DNA of 64,000 nucleotides from a candidate division WOR-3 bacterium (GTDB lineage: Bacteria > Hydrothermota > Tepidihabitantia > Tepidihabitantales > Tepidihabitantaceae). Positions 37,758 to 47,246 of this stretch are shown piece by piece. A model generated the notes under the pieces. The model did not search any database and was not told where the DNA came from. It worked only from the letters and a program-made list of their open reading frames with translations. The stretch is from NCBI GenBank assembly GCA_965648905.1, contig CBFGIT010000005.1:68335-132334 (forward strand), read 5' to 3'. Numbering within the stretch: the stretch's first letter is position 1; the number at the start of each line of letters is the position of its first letter. The position numbers and the translations under genes are program-made.

Positions 37758-38342
37758 ATGAGACGGGAGCTTCTCATCTCGTTTGCCGGTCACGTGGTGT
37801 TGGTTGGGCTGGTGGGAGTGCTCACCGCGAACCGCGTTATCAAGGACCAGCGCCGACCGATAACCCTCTCAATTCAGGTCGTCAACCCGGGTACACCGTT
37901 GCCTAAGACCGAGACCCAGGGGCCAAAGCTGGTTGAGCCCAAACCTCAGGTCCAGACCGTGCCCAAGACCGAATCCAAGCCTGAGCCCAAGCCGAAACCG
38001 ACCAGCGGCAACCAGGTCAAGCGCATGGGTCTGGGCGCACGCATCGAAGGGGCGGACGCTCTTGGCTACTCTTACTACCTGAACGCGATTCTTGCGCGGA
38101 TTGCCGAGAACTGGTTTGACCCTTACCTTGGCGAGGCGCGGCGGATTTCGACGACCATGGTCTTTGTCATCGAGCGCGACGGCTCCCTGCGGGACATTCA
38201 AGTGGAGAAGAGCTCAGGCGACCAGGTCTATGACAATGCGGCGGAGCGGGCACTCAAGGTGCTCGACCGGCTGCCGCCGCTGCCGCCCGAGTTCAAGGGC
38301 CCGCGGCTCAAGCTTCACCTCGAGTTCGAACACACGCCCTGA
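37758..38342 (+). CDS. TolA/TonB-family protein
   Basis: SFAGH TM motif, Pro/Lys linker, YYLNAI..NW..SSG...DNAAERA..LPPLP. Confidence 0.85.
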   Translation: MRRELLISFAGHVVLVGLVGVLTANRVIKDQRRPITLSIQVVNPGTPLPKTETQGPKLVEPKPQVQTVPKTESKPEPKPKPTSGNQVKRMGLGARIEGADALGYSYYLNAILARIAENWFDPYLGEARRISTTMVFVIERDGSLRDIQVEKSSGDQVYDNAAERALKVLDRLPPLPPEFKGPRLKLHLEFEHTP

Positions 38343-38385
38343 CCGAGCGCTGAGCGCTCAGTCCTGATTCCCGGCCACGTCGTTG

Positions 38386-38444
38386 TTGACTTCCCGGGCG
38401 GACAGAGGAATATAGAGCGATGACCCGCAGACCGGCTGCCGATT
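38386..38444 (+). repeat. Degenerate copy of the dnaE promoter and first 8 codons (partner at 41118-41176)
   Basis: TTGAC..CCGGGCG..GAGGA.TATA..ATGA..GCAGA..GCCGATT in both copies; TTGAC-to-ATG distance is 34 nt in both. Confidence 0.6.
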
Positions 38445-38507
38445 CAAGTCGTTCCCGAGTGGCCACAGATGTTCGCAGGGTCGACGGCGGTGACGCCCCA
38501 GGAGTTC

Positions 38508-38535
38508 TTGACACTGGTGTACACGGTGCTATACT
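38508..38535 (+). promoter_or_regulatory. Strong sigma70 promoter of the three-gene cassette
   Basis: TTGACA-N16-TATACT with extended -10 TG; palindrome GTGTACAC in the spacer. Confidence 0.7.
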
Positions 38536-38563
38536 ACATAAGGCAGTACAGTAGCGTATTCAG

Positions 38564-38944
38564 GTGAAGCTCTCCAGAACCGCCTTCTACAGCCGGTATC
38601 CGGCGTTCATCGACTACAAGAACACGGACATTGAGGTCCGGCTGTTTGAGTACTTCGCTCAGGAAGACACGGTCAAGAAGATGACCTGGGCGATCGAGGA
38701 TATGAACGCGGCGCCCCTGGCAGCAGTAGTGCGGGACCTGGATGGGATTCTCGAAGAAGTCTTGCTCAAGCGCATGACCAAGGCTGACCTTCGGCGGAAT
38801 CGCCGGGTCCGGCAGTTCTGTGGGGCGCTTGCTTGTTACGTGCTGGGTCTGTGTGGCTACGAGCCAGATCGCTCCAGCCGCACGAGCATAACAAGGTCCA
38901 AGTACTTCAGGTCAACAACAAAATACCGGAGGAGAAGCCAGTGA
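38564..38944 (+). CDS. Hypothetical basic protein, possibly DNA-binding
   Basis: 126 aa; PLAAVVRDL..RQFCGAL..GY..FRSTTKY; GTGA overlap with the next gene. Confidence 0.65.
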   Translation: MKLSRTAFYSRYPAFIDYKNTDIEVRLFEYFAQEDTVKKMTWAIEDMNAAPLAAVVRDLDGILEEVLLKRMTKADLRRNRRVRQFCGALACYVLGLCGYEPDRSSRTSITRSKYFRSTTKYRRRSQ

Positions 38945-39864
38945 GTGACAAGCAGTGGTTGGCGGCTAGGATCAGAGACACGCTCAAATTACTGCCGGGT
39001 GACGGGTCGGCGGTTGAGCGATTCCGCAGAGACGTAAGGGGCAAGTTCGAGGAGCGATTCAACAAGGGGAAGGGGAACCTCTGTGTTCACAGCGAATCAA
39101 GAGGAGGCGTCCTGCACGTCCCGAACAGGCGCCAAGAGGTCGGTGCCTTTGCGGCTTGCAACGAAAAGACTCTGTCCACAGAGTGGGCGTTGATCCGCGC
39201 GCTCTTCAACACGAGATTCATCGCTCTGTCGAGTCCCCGGAAGAAACTCGCAGCGATCGCTTTTGAGGCACCGCTTCTCCGTAAGGCCCGGGGCGAGAAA
39301 GGCGAGGGGCATCGAATTTTGGCCTGCGACCTGGTCTACGTCCTCGGGCAGGCATCCCTGTTGGTTGTAGAAGTCAAGGACAGGACGGCAACGGCCACCA
39401 ACATCGATTACGGACTCCTAGAGGCTGTCGCCTATGGCCAGTTGCTGAAGTGCCTCGGAGAGCAGGCTAAGGATGACCTATGGGCGGAGGTCAAGGACTG
39501 CCGCGTTCGTTACCAGCCTAGCCTATCCTTGCCCGTCGGTCCTCCCGATGGCAAGTCGCCGATTCAAGTGCAGATCTCCCTGGCGGGAACTAGGCGCTAC
39601 TTCGACGAGCAGCTAGCTGGTTCGCGTCGGAATGTGAAGCTAAGCCGGGAGCGTGCCAGGGGCATCGAGCAGGCCTTGGCCGGGTCTGACTTCCCATTCT
39701 ACGGGTACCTCGTCATCGAGTCCCGGTGCTTGCATGAGAATCCGTTCCGGCTGACTGAACAAGATCGCCGGGTAACATGCTTCTTGCCGACCCTGAAGAC
39801 GCGTGCTGCCCGATGCTTCGGCTCGCTTCGCGAACTAGAACGACTTCAGGCGGGGCACCCGTGA
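38941..39864 (+). CDS. PD-(D/E)XK-like nuclease
   Basis: AFEAPL..ACDLVY..VVEVKD..LLEAVAY; GTG start at 38941; several CTA Leu codons. Confidence 0.6.
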   Translation: MSDKQWLAARIRDTLKLLPGDGSAVERFRRDVRGKFEERFNKGKGNLCVHSESRGGVLHVPNRRQEVGAFAACNEKTLSTEWALIRALFNTRFIALSSPRKKLAAIAFEAPLLRKARGEKGEGHRILACDLVYVLGQASLLVVEVKDRTATATNIDYGLLEAVAYGQLLKCLGEQAKDDLWAEVKDCRVRYQPSLSLPVGPPDGKSPIQVQISLAGTRRYFDEQLAGSRRNVKLSRERARGIEQALAGSDFPFYGYLVIESRCLHENPFRLTEQDRRVTCFLPTLKTRAARCFGSLRELERLQAGHP

Positions 39865-41102
39865 TGTTGCTCGTCCACCGCGGTTCGCACGAGGTCGGCG
39901 GGTCGTGCGTTGAGCTGAGGGCAGACGGAAAGAGCCTGCTGTTGGACCTTGGTCTGCCTCTGTCGGCGAATGGGCCAGGGGATGTGCGGTTACCAGACGT
40001 GCCCGGGCTGGCCGACGGCTCGAATCCGAACCTGCTGGGTGTAGTCATCTCGCACCCACACCAGGACCACTGCGGGCTGCTGGAGAAGGTGCATCCGGGC
40101 GTACCCGTGTTTATGGGCAGGCAGGCCCATGCCCTGTTGAATGCGTCTGCGTGGTTCACAAGAACCCGATGCTGGCCTGGCCGCGTGACCGACTACCAGG
40201 ACGGGCGGCAGTTCAAAGTCGGACCATTCACCATCACGCCGACATTGAATGACCATTCGGCCTTCGACTCGTACTCACTGCTGGTCGAGGCCGAAGGGAA
40301 GAGCGTGCTCTACACCGGAGACTTCAGGATGCACGGTCGCAAGTCCGGCTGGCTGCGCCGCCTGTTGGTGCGTCTGCCCGGAATGCTCGATGCCCTGATT
40401 GTCGAGGGAACATGCGTCGGCCGAATGGAAAAGGGGCGACCCGAGATGGAGCGCGAGCTTGAGGAGAGAATCCTTAGTTGCATCCGCGACACGAGGGGTA
40501 TCGTGCTGGTGTGGTTCTCGGGTCAGAACATCGACCGGTTCGTGACGTTCTTCCGTGCCGCGAAGCGGGCAGGGCGGATGATGGTGGTTGACCTGTACAT
40601 GGCCAGTATTCTGGATGCCCTAAGGCTGAGCAGTGTCCCGAGTCCGCGTGATAAGGACCTGCTCGTGTATCTCCCGTGGGCCATGAAGCAGAGAGTGAAG
40701 CACGAGCAGCGGTTCGACCTGGTGCAACCATACTACGGCCGGCGTCTCTATCCAGAGGCACTTGCGCAGCAGGCGGGTAAGCTCGTGGTGATGTTCCGTC
40801 CCTCAATGCGGCGCGACCTTGAGAAGGCTGACTGCTTGGATGGCGCACGAGTTGTCTACTCGCTCTGGCACGGGTACCTGGAGCAGGACAGCACCGGCCT
40901 CGAGGCGTGGTGCCACAGACGCGGTATCGAGTTTGAGCAGTTGCACACGTCCGGTCACGCCTCGGCCTTGGACCTGCGCCGGTTCGTGCGGCTGCTCGCG
41001 CCCCGCAAGGTCGTGCCCGTCCACACCTTCGAGCCAGAGCTGTTCAGAGGCTTCTGCGAGAACGTAGTCGTCGCCGACGATGGCAGGGAGTTCGAGATAT
41101 GA
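39861..41102 (+). CDS. MBL/beta-CASP metallo-hydrolase, RNase J-like
   Basis: HRGSHEVGGSCVE, HPHQDH, DHSAFD, YTGDFRMHG, EGT, HTSGHA, VPVHT. Confidence 0.9.
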   Translation: MMLLVHRGSHEVGGSCVELRADGKSLLLDLGLPLSANGPGDVRLPDVPGLADGSNPNLLGVVISHPHQDHCGLLEKVHPGVPVFMGRQAHALLNASAWFTRTRCWPGRVTDYQDGRQFKVGPFTITPTLNDHSAFDSYSLLVEAEGKSVLYTGDFRMHGRKSGWLRRLLVRLPGMLDALIVEGTCVGRMEKGRPEMERELEERILSCIRDTRGIVLVWFSGQNIDRFVTFFRAAKRAGRMMVVDLYMASILDALRLSSVPSPRDKDLLVYLPWAMKQRVKHEQRFDLVQPYYGRRLYPEALAQQAGKLVVMFRPSMRRDLEKADCLDGARVVYSLWHGYLEQDSTGLEAWCHRRGIEFEQLHTSGHASALDLRRFVRLLAPRKVVPVHTFEPELFRGFCENVVVADDGREFEI

Positions 41103-41151
41103 GCCGGGCCGTGCTGGTTGACAGCCGGGCGAGGCGAGGATATAACAGTTC

Positions 41152-44100
41152 ATGAGCAGCAGAGCCGTGGCCGATTTCGTTCATCTGCACAACCACACCG
41201 AGTACAGCCTGCTCGATGGCGCGTCGCGCATCGAGGAGGTGGTCAAACTTGCGGCCCAATACGGCATGCCGGCGCTGGCGATCACCGACCACGGGAATAT
41301 GTTCGGCGCGGTCAGATTCTACAAGGCGGCGCAGAAGGCCGGGGTCAAGCCGATTGTCGGTATCGAGACCTACGTGGCACCGCACGACCGGCGCGAGCGG
41401 AAGATCCACGCCGACATCCCGGAATCGAGTTTCCACCTGACCCTGCTGGCCCGGGATGAGACCGGCTACCACAATCTGATGAAGCTGTCGTCCCACGCCT
41501 ATCTTGAGGGATTCTACTACAAACCCAGGATTGACAAGGAGCTGCTGGCCACATATTCAGGAGGACTTATCGGTCTCTCCGGTTGCCTGAAGGGCGAGGT
41601 GAACTACTACCTCCGGCGCGGGGACACAGACAAGGCAATGCGGGCCGCGGCCGAGTACCAGGAGATTCTGGGCCCTGAGAACTTCTTTCTTGAGGTGATG
41701 CGCTGCAGCGGCTCGTCGGAGGAGGAGAAAGTCGTGGCCGGTCTGGCCGAGCTCGGCTCGACCCTTGATATTCCGTTGGTCGCGACGAACGACTGCCACT
41801 ACCTGCGGCCGGAGGATGCGCGGGCGCATGATGCCTTGGTCTGCATCCAGACCGGGAAGCGGTTGAGCGACACGCAGCGGATGAAGATGACCGAGCATCG
41901 GCTTCATTTCCGTTCGCCGGCCGAGATGCGCGAGCTGTTCGCGGACATGCCGGAGGCGGTGCGGCGGACGTGCGAGGTCGCGGACCGGTGCAATCTGCAG
42001 GTCGATTTCTCGCACGTTCGATTCCACCTGCCGAGCTTTCCAGCACCCGATGGGTTTGAGGGTTCGTTCGACTACCTGAAGTATCTGGCGGAAGCGGGCC
42101 TGAGGCGGCGCTATCGCCACGTGACGGCTGCGGTCGAGCAGCGGCTGGCGCACGAGCTGGACGTGATTAAGCGGATGGGTTTTGCCGGCTATTTCCTTGT
42201 CGTCAAGGATATCATTGACTTTGCCCGGGCGAAAGCGATTCCGGTCGGGCCGGGCCGGGGTTCGGCCGCAGGGAGTCTGGTGCTCTACTGTCTGGGTATT
42301 ACCGACATCGAGCCGCTGGGTTATGGTCTGCTGTTTGAACGGTTCCTGACCACCGAGCGCGTGACGCTGCCGGACGTGGATATCGATTTCTCTGATGCGC
42401 GGCGGCAGGAGGTAATCGACTACATTCGACAGCGGTACGGGGAGAACTCGGTGGCGCAGATTATCACCTTCGGCACGATGCAGGCCCGGGCCGCGGTGCG
42501 CGACGTCGGCCGGGTGCTTGATGTTCCGATCGGCGAGGTTGACCGGGTTGCCAAGCTCGTGCCGCCGAACATGGAGCTGGAGGTGGCGTTGCGGAGCGTG
42601 TCCGAGCTGCGCGAGGCAGTGGAGGAGAAGCCTGAGTACCGGGAACTGATGACGATCGCGCGCAAGCTCGAAGGGTTGAACCGACACGCTTCGATTCACG
42701 CTTCCGCGGTCGTGATCGCGCCCCGACCGCTGGTGGAACTGGTGCCGCTGCATAAGTCACCAGACGGTGATATCTGTACCCAGTTCGACATGTACTCGCT
42801 GGAGGACGTCGGGTTGCTGAAGATGGATATCCTGGGCCTGAGAACCTTGACCGTGGTCGAGGAAGCGGCTCGGCTGATCAAGGGCAGCGGCGGACATCTT
42901 AATCTCGAAAATCTGCCGCTTGATGACCCTTTGACGTTCCGGATGCTGCAGCGAGCGGACACGGCGGGCGTGTTTCAGCTTGAGAGCGCGGGGATGCGGG
43001 ACTTGTGTCGCCGGATGGTGCCGGAGCGGATTGAGCATATCATCGCGCTGATTGCCCTGTACCGGCCCGGCCCGATGGACCTGATTCCCGCTTACCTGGC
43101 ACGCAAGGCCGGTCAGGAGCCGATTGCCTATGAGCATGAGTTGCTCGAACCGATTGCCCGGGAGACTTACGGGATTCTGATTTACCAGGAACAGGTGATG
43201 CAGGCGGCTCAAGCGCTGGCCGGGTACAGTCTGGGCCACGCCGACCTGTTGCGGCGGGCCATGGGTAAGAAGAAGCCGGAGGAGATGGCGGCACTGCACG
43301 AAACCTTCATTCAGGGGTGCCAGAAGTACAATCGGATGCCGGTCGAGCAGGCGGAGCGGATATTCAATCTGCTCGCCAAGTTCGCCGGCTACGGGTTCAA
43401 CAAGTCCCATGCGGCCGGGTACGCCCACCTGTCTTACATCACGGCGTACCTGAAGGCCAACTTCCCGGTCGAGTTCTTCGCCGCGGTGCTGACCAGCGAG
43501 CTTGGTGATTTCAAGAAGCTGGCCAAGTTCGTGAATGAGTCGAGACGGGCCGGCGTGCCGGTCAAAGGGCCGGATGTCAATCAGAGTCTGGTTACGTTCT
43601 CGATTGAGGAGAAGAGCATCAGGTTCGGGCTGGCCGGGGTGAAGAACCTGGGCACGGGCGCCAGTGAGTTCATCGTCAATGAGCGGATGGCGCACGGGCC
43701 CTATGAGAGTCTGCTCGACTTCCTGGTGCGAACCAGAGGACAGGTGAATCGCAAGGCGGCAGAATCACTGGTCAAGGCGGGAGCGTTCGACCGGTTCGAG
43801 CCGAACCGCAAGGCCCTGCTCTCGTCGCTGGACTGGGAGATGAGCCGGGCGGCGTCCGAGAAGCTGCGGTTCCTGGAGAAGCAGATTGACATGTTCGGAG
43901 CGACCGAAAGTCCGGTGCGTCGGCAGTCAGAGGAGAAGTTCGACACTCACGACCTGCTGGCCTACGAGAAAGAAGCGTTCGGGTTCTACTTCACGTCCCA
44001 TCCGCTCGAGCCGTTCCGGGCCGAGTACGAGGCACTGGGGCTTGCGCCCATCGCCCAGATTGAGACGATGAAAGACGGTGACGCAGTGGCGCTGGGAGGA

Positions 44101-44685
44101 GTCATTACAGCGCGCCGGACGCGCAAGGACAAACGGGATCGGGAGTACGCTATCATCACCGTGGAGGATTTTGACGGGACGATTGAGGTGCTGGTGTTCT
44201 CGGACCAGCTTGAGGCTTGCCGGGCCACGCTCAAGGTCGACAACCTGGTTGCGGTTCAGGGTACGGTCAAGGTTCGGGCCGCGGATGGCGGAGCGCAGGC
44301 CGGTGTACCCCAGGTATGGGCCGAACGGGTGATGTCATTTGCCGACAGCGCGCGCTGTCTGAAGGGTGTTGCCATCGAAGTGGGCGAACAGGAGTTCGAC
44401 GAACTGTCGTTAGTCAAGTTGAGGGAACGCCTGGCCGCGCACCCGGGCAACGGTCTGGTTCGGCTCGCGCTGCTGGGTACGGATGGTTCGAGTCGGCTGT
44501 TTCGGTTTGACGAGTTGAAGGTTGAGCTGAACAACACGTTGGTCAGCGAGCTGCGTGAGGTGTTCGGGCCGGATTCAGTGAAGCTCTGGGGCGAGCTGCC
44601 TGGCCGGCCCGCGTCCAGGCGGAGTGGCCGGCCCGAGAACTCAGGCCACCGGGGAAAGCCGGGTCGGACCGACCGCCGTGCATGA
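41152..44685 (+). CDS. dnaE: DNA polymerase III alpha subunit
   Basis: FVHLHNHTEYSLLDG, GPGRGSAAGS, PDVDIDF, KMDILGL, YGFNKSHAA. Confidence 0.98.
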   Translation: MSSRAVADFVHLHNHTEYSLLDGASRIEEVVKLAAQYGMPALAITDHGNMFGAVRFYKAAQKAGVKPIVGIETYVAPHDRRERKIHADIPESSFHLTLLARDETGYHNLMKLSSHAYLEGFYYKPRIDKELLATYSGGLIGLSGCLKGEVNYYLRRGDTDKAMRAAAEYQEILGPENFFLEVMRCSGSSEEEKVVAGLAELGSTLDIPLVATNDCHYLRPEDARAHDALVCIQTGKRLSDTQRMKMTEHRLHFRSPAEMRELFADMPEAVRRTCEVADRCNLQVDFSHVRFHLPSFPAPDGFEGSFDYLKYLAEAGLRRRYRHVTAAVEQRLAHELDVIKRMGFAGYFLVVKDIIDFARAKAIPVGPGRGSAAGSLVLYCLGITDIEPLGYGLLFERFLTTERVTLPDVDIDFSDARRQEVIDYIRQRYGENSVAQIITFGTMQARAAVRDVGRVLDVPIGEVDRVAKLVPPNMELEVALRSVSELREAVEEKPEYRELMTIARKLEGLNRHASIHASAVVIAPRPLVELVPLHKSPDGDICTQFDMYSLEDVGLLKMDILGLRTLTVVEEAARLIKGSGGHLNLENLPLDDPLTFRMLQRADTAGVFQLESAGMRDLCRRMVPERIEHIIALIALYRPGPMDLIPAYLARKAGQEPIAYEHELLEPIARETYGILIYQEQVMQAAQALAGYSLGHADLLRRAMGKKKPEEMAALHETFIQGCQKYNRMPVEQAERIFNLLAKFAGYGFNKSHAAGYAHLSYITAYLKANFPVEFFAAVLTSELGDFKKLAKFVNESRRAGVPVKGPDVNQSLVTFSIEEKSIRFGLAGVKNLGTGASEFIVNERMAHGPYESLLDFLVRTRGQVNRKAAESLVKAGAFDRFEPNRKALLSSLDWEMSRAASEKLRFLEKQIDMFGATESPVRRQSEEKFDTHDLLAYEKEAFGFYFTSHPLEPFRAEYEALGLAPIAQIETMKDGDAVALGGVITARRTRKDKRDREYAIITVEDFDGTIEVLVFSDQLEACRATLKVDNLVAVQGTVKVRAADGGAQAGVPQVWAERVMSFADSARCLKGVAIEVGEQEFDELSLVKLRERLAAHPGNGLVRLALLGTDGSSRLFRFDELKVELNNTLVSELREVFGPDSVKLWGELPGRPASRRSGRPENSGHRGKPGRTDRRA

Positions 44686-44711
44686 ACACGACGTCCGGGC
44701 CGAGAGGGGAC

Positions 44712-45509
44712 CTAGCGCCGAATGACGAGGGCCAGGTTCCGGCCGGTTGGTGATGCGGAACGGACCGAGAAGAAGTCGGTTGACGATTCCATGGTGCAAC
44801 GGTTGAGCCCGGGCAGGGACGTCAGTCCCAAGGTCTGAAGCAGGTGGTCGTTGGCCCTGCGGAGCGAGAGGAGCCAGGCGGGCCTGCTGCCGGGAACCGG
44901 GCAGAAGAGGCCGGCTGAGTCCGGGAACGAGTTGAACGCGACTCGGACATCCGGGCCCACCTGGTAGCACTGCTCGCAGACGCAGGGGCCGAGGCTGTAG
45001 CACAGGTCAGGCAGGGGTACGCCCAGGCGCAGTGACAGGTGACGGGCGAGTTTCTCAGCCAGGCGGGCAGCAGTTCCGCGCCAGCCGCAATGGGCGATGC
45101 CGATACCCTGCAGGTTCCTGTCCCAGACAAAGACCGGCAGACAGTCGGCAACTTTGACACCGAGCGCGATGCCGGGCCGGCCGGTAAACAGCGCATCGGC
45201 GTCAACGGTCTCGGGCATCATTGCATCAGCGTTGCTGACTTCGACCACGGTATCGGAGTGGGTTTGGCGCACGGTCATGAGCATGGGCAGGCGTAAGGCA
45301 GTCTGGACCCGGCGCAGGTTCTCGGTGACGTTGTCGGCGGCGTCGCCAACCCGGAATGAGACATTCAACGACCGGTACGGTCCGGCAGAAACGCCGCCAC
45401 GGCGGGTGATGAACGCGAGCGTCAGGCCTGGTCGAGGTGACGTGGAGTAGTAGTCAAGCCCGGCTGTGCTGAGTCGACGCCACATCTCCGGACCGCGCTC
45501 ATCGCTCAT
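44712..45509 (-). CDS. pgeF: PgeF/YfiH purine nucleoside phosphorylase (laccase-like)
   Basis: TRRGGVS..SLN, QTHSD, ADALFT, VADCLPV, AHCGWRG, FFSVR. Confidence 0.9.
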   Translation of the reverse strand: MSDERGPEMWRRLSTAGLDYYSTSPRPGLTLAFITRRGGVSAGPYRSLNVSFRVGDAADNVTENLRRVQTALRLPMLMTVRQTHSDTVVEVSNADAMMPETVDADALFTGRPGIALGVKVADCLPVFVWDRNLQGIGIAHCGWRGTAARLAEKLARHLSLRLGVPLPDLCYSLGPCVCEQCYQVGPDVRVAFNSFPDSAGLFCPVPGSRPAWLLSLRRANDHLLQTLGLTSLPGLNRCTMESSTDFFSVRSASPTGRNLALVIRR

Positions 45510-47245
45510 TGCTCCGTGCTCAGTCTGGTGGCAAGGTCGCGGATGGTGAGCTGGATTGAGTTCCTGCCCGAGTACTTGTGGCGGTTGACCGTGTAGCAGA
45601 TGTCCAGGTGATTCTTCTCGCCGACGCGGAGATGGAGCAGGTCGCTGCTTCGGCCCCAGGCAATTGCCTCGAGTACGCGGGTTCCGGACCGGACTCTGAA
45701 CTTCAGGTGGTCCTTGCCAACCCGTCTGGGGTAGCCGACAACTTCGAGTCCGAGCGAGGCAAGGAGCGGTTCGGGATTGTCCGGGCCGAAGGGTTCGAAT
45801 CGGTCCAAGGCGGCAAGCAGAGCGTCGTCAATCTGGTCCAGGCCTGCGACCGCCTCGACCTGGAGACTGGGCTGGTAGACCTCTTCAGGCATCCGCTCGG
45901 CGTATTCCAGCAGGGCCTGCTCAAAACCGGACAGCTTGTCCGGCTCGACCACCAGGCCAGCCGCGTACCGATGCCCGCCGAAGCGAACCAGATGTCGGGC
46001 GCAGTGCTCGAGCGCCTCGTGCAGGTTGAACCCGGTTATCGAACGGCCCGAGCCCTTGCCTTGACGGTTCTTGAGCGTGATAACGATGCAAGGACGGTAG
46101 AACTCCTCGACCAGCCGTGCGGCCACGATGCCGATGACGCCTTCATGCCAGTTGTTGCCGGCGACGACCAGTGCGCGACGGTCGGCAAGGCGTCTGGTCC
46201 TGAGGGTTTCGATTGCCTGATTGAAGGTTTGTTCTTCGAGCGCCTGGCGATGGCGATTAAGGTTGTCCAGCCCGACCGCGAGCTGACGGGCCTCGACGTC
46301 GTCCTCGGTGAGCAGCAGCCTTACGGCCTGCTCAGCCCGGCCGACACGGCCGGCGGCATTGATCCGCGGGGCAAGCATGAATCCGACTTCGTGGCTGGCA
46401 AGGTCTGCGCTCCTGAGCCGGGCAACTTCAATCAGGGCCCTGATGCCCGGGCGACAGCTTTGCCTCAGGCTCGCGAGCCCAAGCCGGGCAATGACTCGGT
46501 TCTCGTCGACCAGCGGGACGACGTCGGCCATCGTGCCGAGACCGACCAGGTCGAGGAGCGAGGTCAACTCGGACTTGGGACGGCCAAGTGCCGCAAGCAA
46601 AGACCAGGCGAGCTTGAACGCGACCCCGACGCCGGCCAGTTCCCGAAAGGGGTAAGCCGAGTCCGGCCGCTTGGGATTGACGAAGGCGAGTACGGGCAGT
46701 GAGGCGGGTGAAGTTCCGGCCTGCAGTTCGTGGTGGTCGGTGACGATGACTTCGATGCCGGCAGCGTGCGCTGCGGACAGCGCGTCCCGGTCGCTGGAGC
46801 CGCAGTCGTTGGTAACCACCAGACTGACGTCATGCTGACGACAGAACTCAACGGCGCGGAGCGAGAAGCCGTAGCCTTCGGTTGTGCGCGCCGGCAGGTA
46901 GTGGAGCACGTCGGCCCCGAGACGCGAGAGAACCGAGACAAGCAGGGCCGTGCCGGTTACGCCATCGACGTCGTAGTCGCCATAGACCAGGACCCGCTCG
47001 TGTCTTCGCGTCGCGGAAATGAGCCGTTCGGTTGCCCGGGCAATGTCGGGCAGAGAGTCGGGCTTGTGCAGCGCTGCCGCCGAAGGGGTGAGGAAAGCAT
47101 TGATTTGGGCCGGTGTCTTGAGCCCGCGGTGGCAGAGCAGTTGTGCCACGAGAGTTGGTACACCGGCAGCCTGGGCGACTTCTGCGATGCTGCTTCCGCA
47201 CTCGGTCGGCAGATGCCAGCGATGGGTCGGGGTTACTGAGGGCAT
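45506..47245 (-). CDS. recJ: Single-stranded DNA exonuclease RecJ
   Basis: YGDYDVDG, TDHH, LGTMADVVPL, PRINAAGR, GSGRS, FGGH; ATG at 47245 inferred, close to TTGACT-N16-TAGACC. Confidence 0.96.
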   Translation of the reverse strand: MPSVTPTHRWHLPTECGSSIAEVAQAAGVPTLVAQLLCHRGLKTPAQINAFLTPSAAALHKPDSLPDIARATERLISATRRHERVLVYGDYDVDGVTGTALLVSVLSRLGADVLHYLPARTTEGYGFSLRAVEFCRQHDVSLVVTNDCGSSDRDALSAAHAAGIEVIVTDHHELQAGTSPASLPVLAFVNPKRPDSAYPFRELAGVGVAFKLAWSLLAALGRPKSELTSLLDLVGLGTMADVVPLVDENRVIARLGLASLRQSCRPGIRALIEVARLRSADLASHEVGFMLAPRINAAGRVGRAEQAVRLLLTEDDVEARQLAVGLDNLNRHRQALEEQTFNQAIETLRTRRLADRRALVVAGNNWHEGVIGIVAARLVEEFYRPCIVITLKNRQGKGSGRSITGFNLHEALEHCARHLVRFGGHRYAAGLVVEPDKLSGFEQALLEYAERMPEEVYQPSLQVEAVAGLDQIDDALLAALDRFEPFGPDNPEPLLASLGLEVVGYPRRVGKDHLKFRVRSGTRVLEAIAWGRSSDLLHLRVGEKNHLDICYTVNRHKYSGRNSIQLTIRDLATRLSTEQ

Positions 47246-47246
47246 A

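Noticed and set aside
41557..43695. Long minus-strand ORFs (398 and 312 aa) opposite dnaE
   Set aside because: Codon-bias shadows of a well-supported gene.
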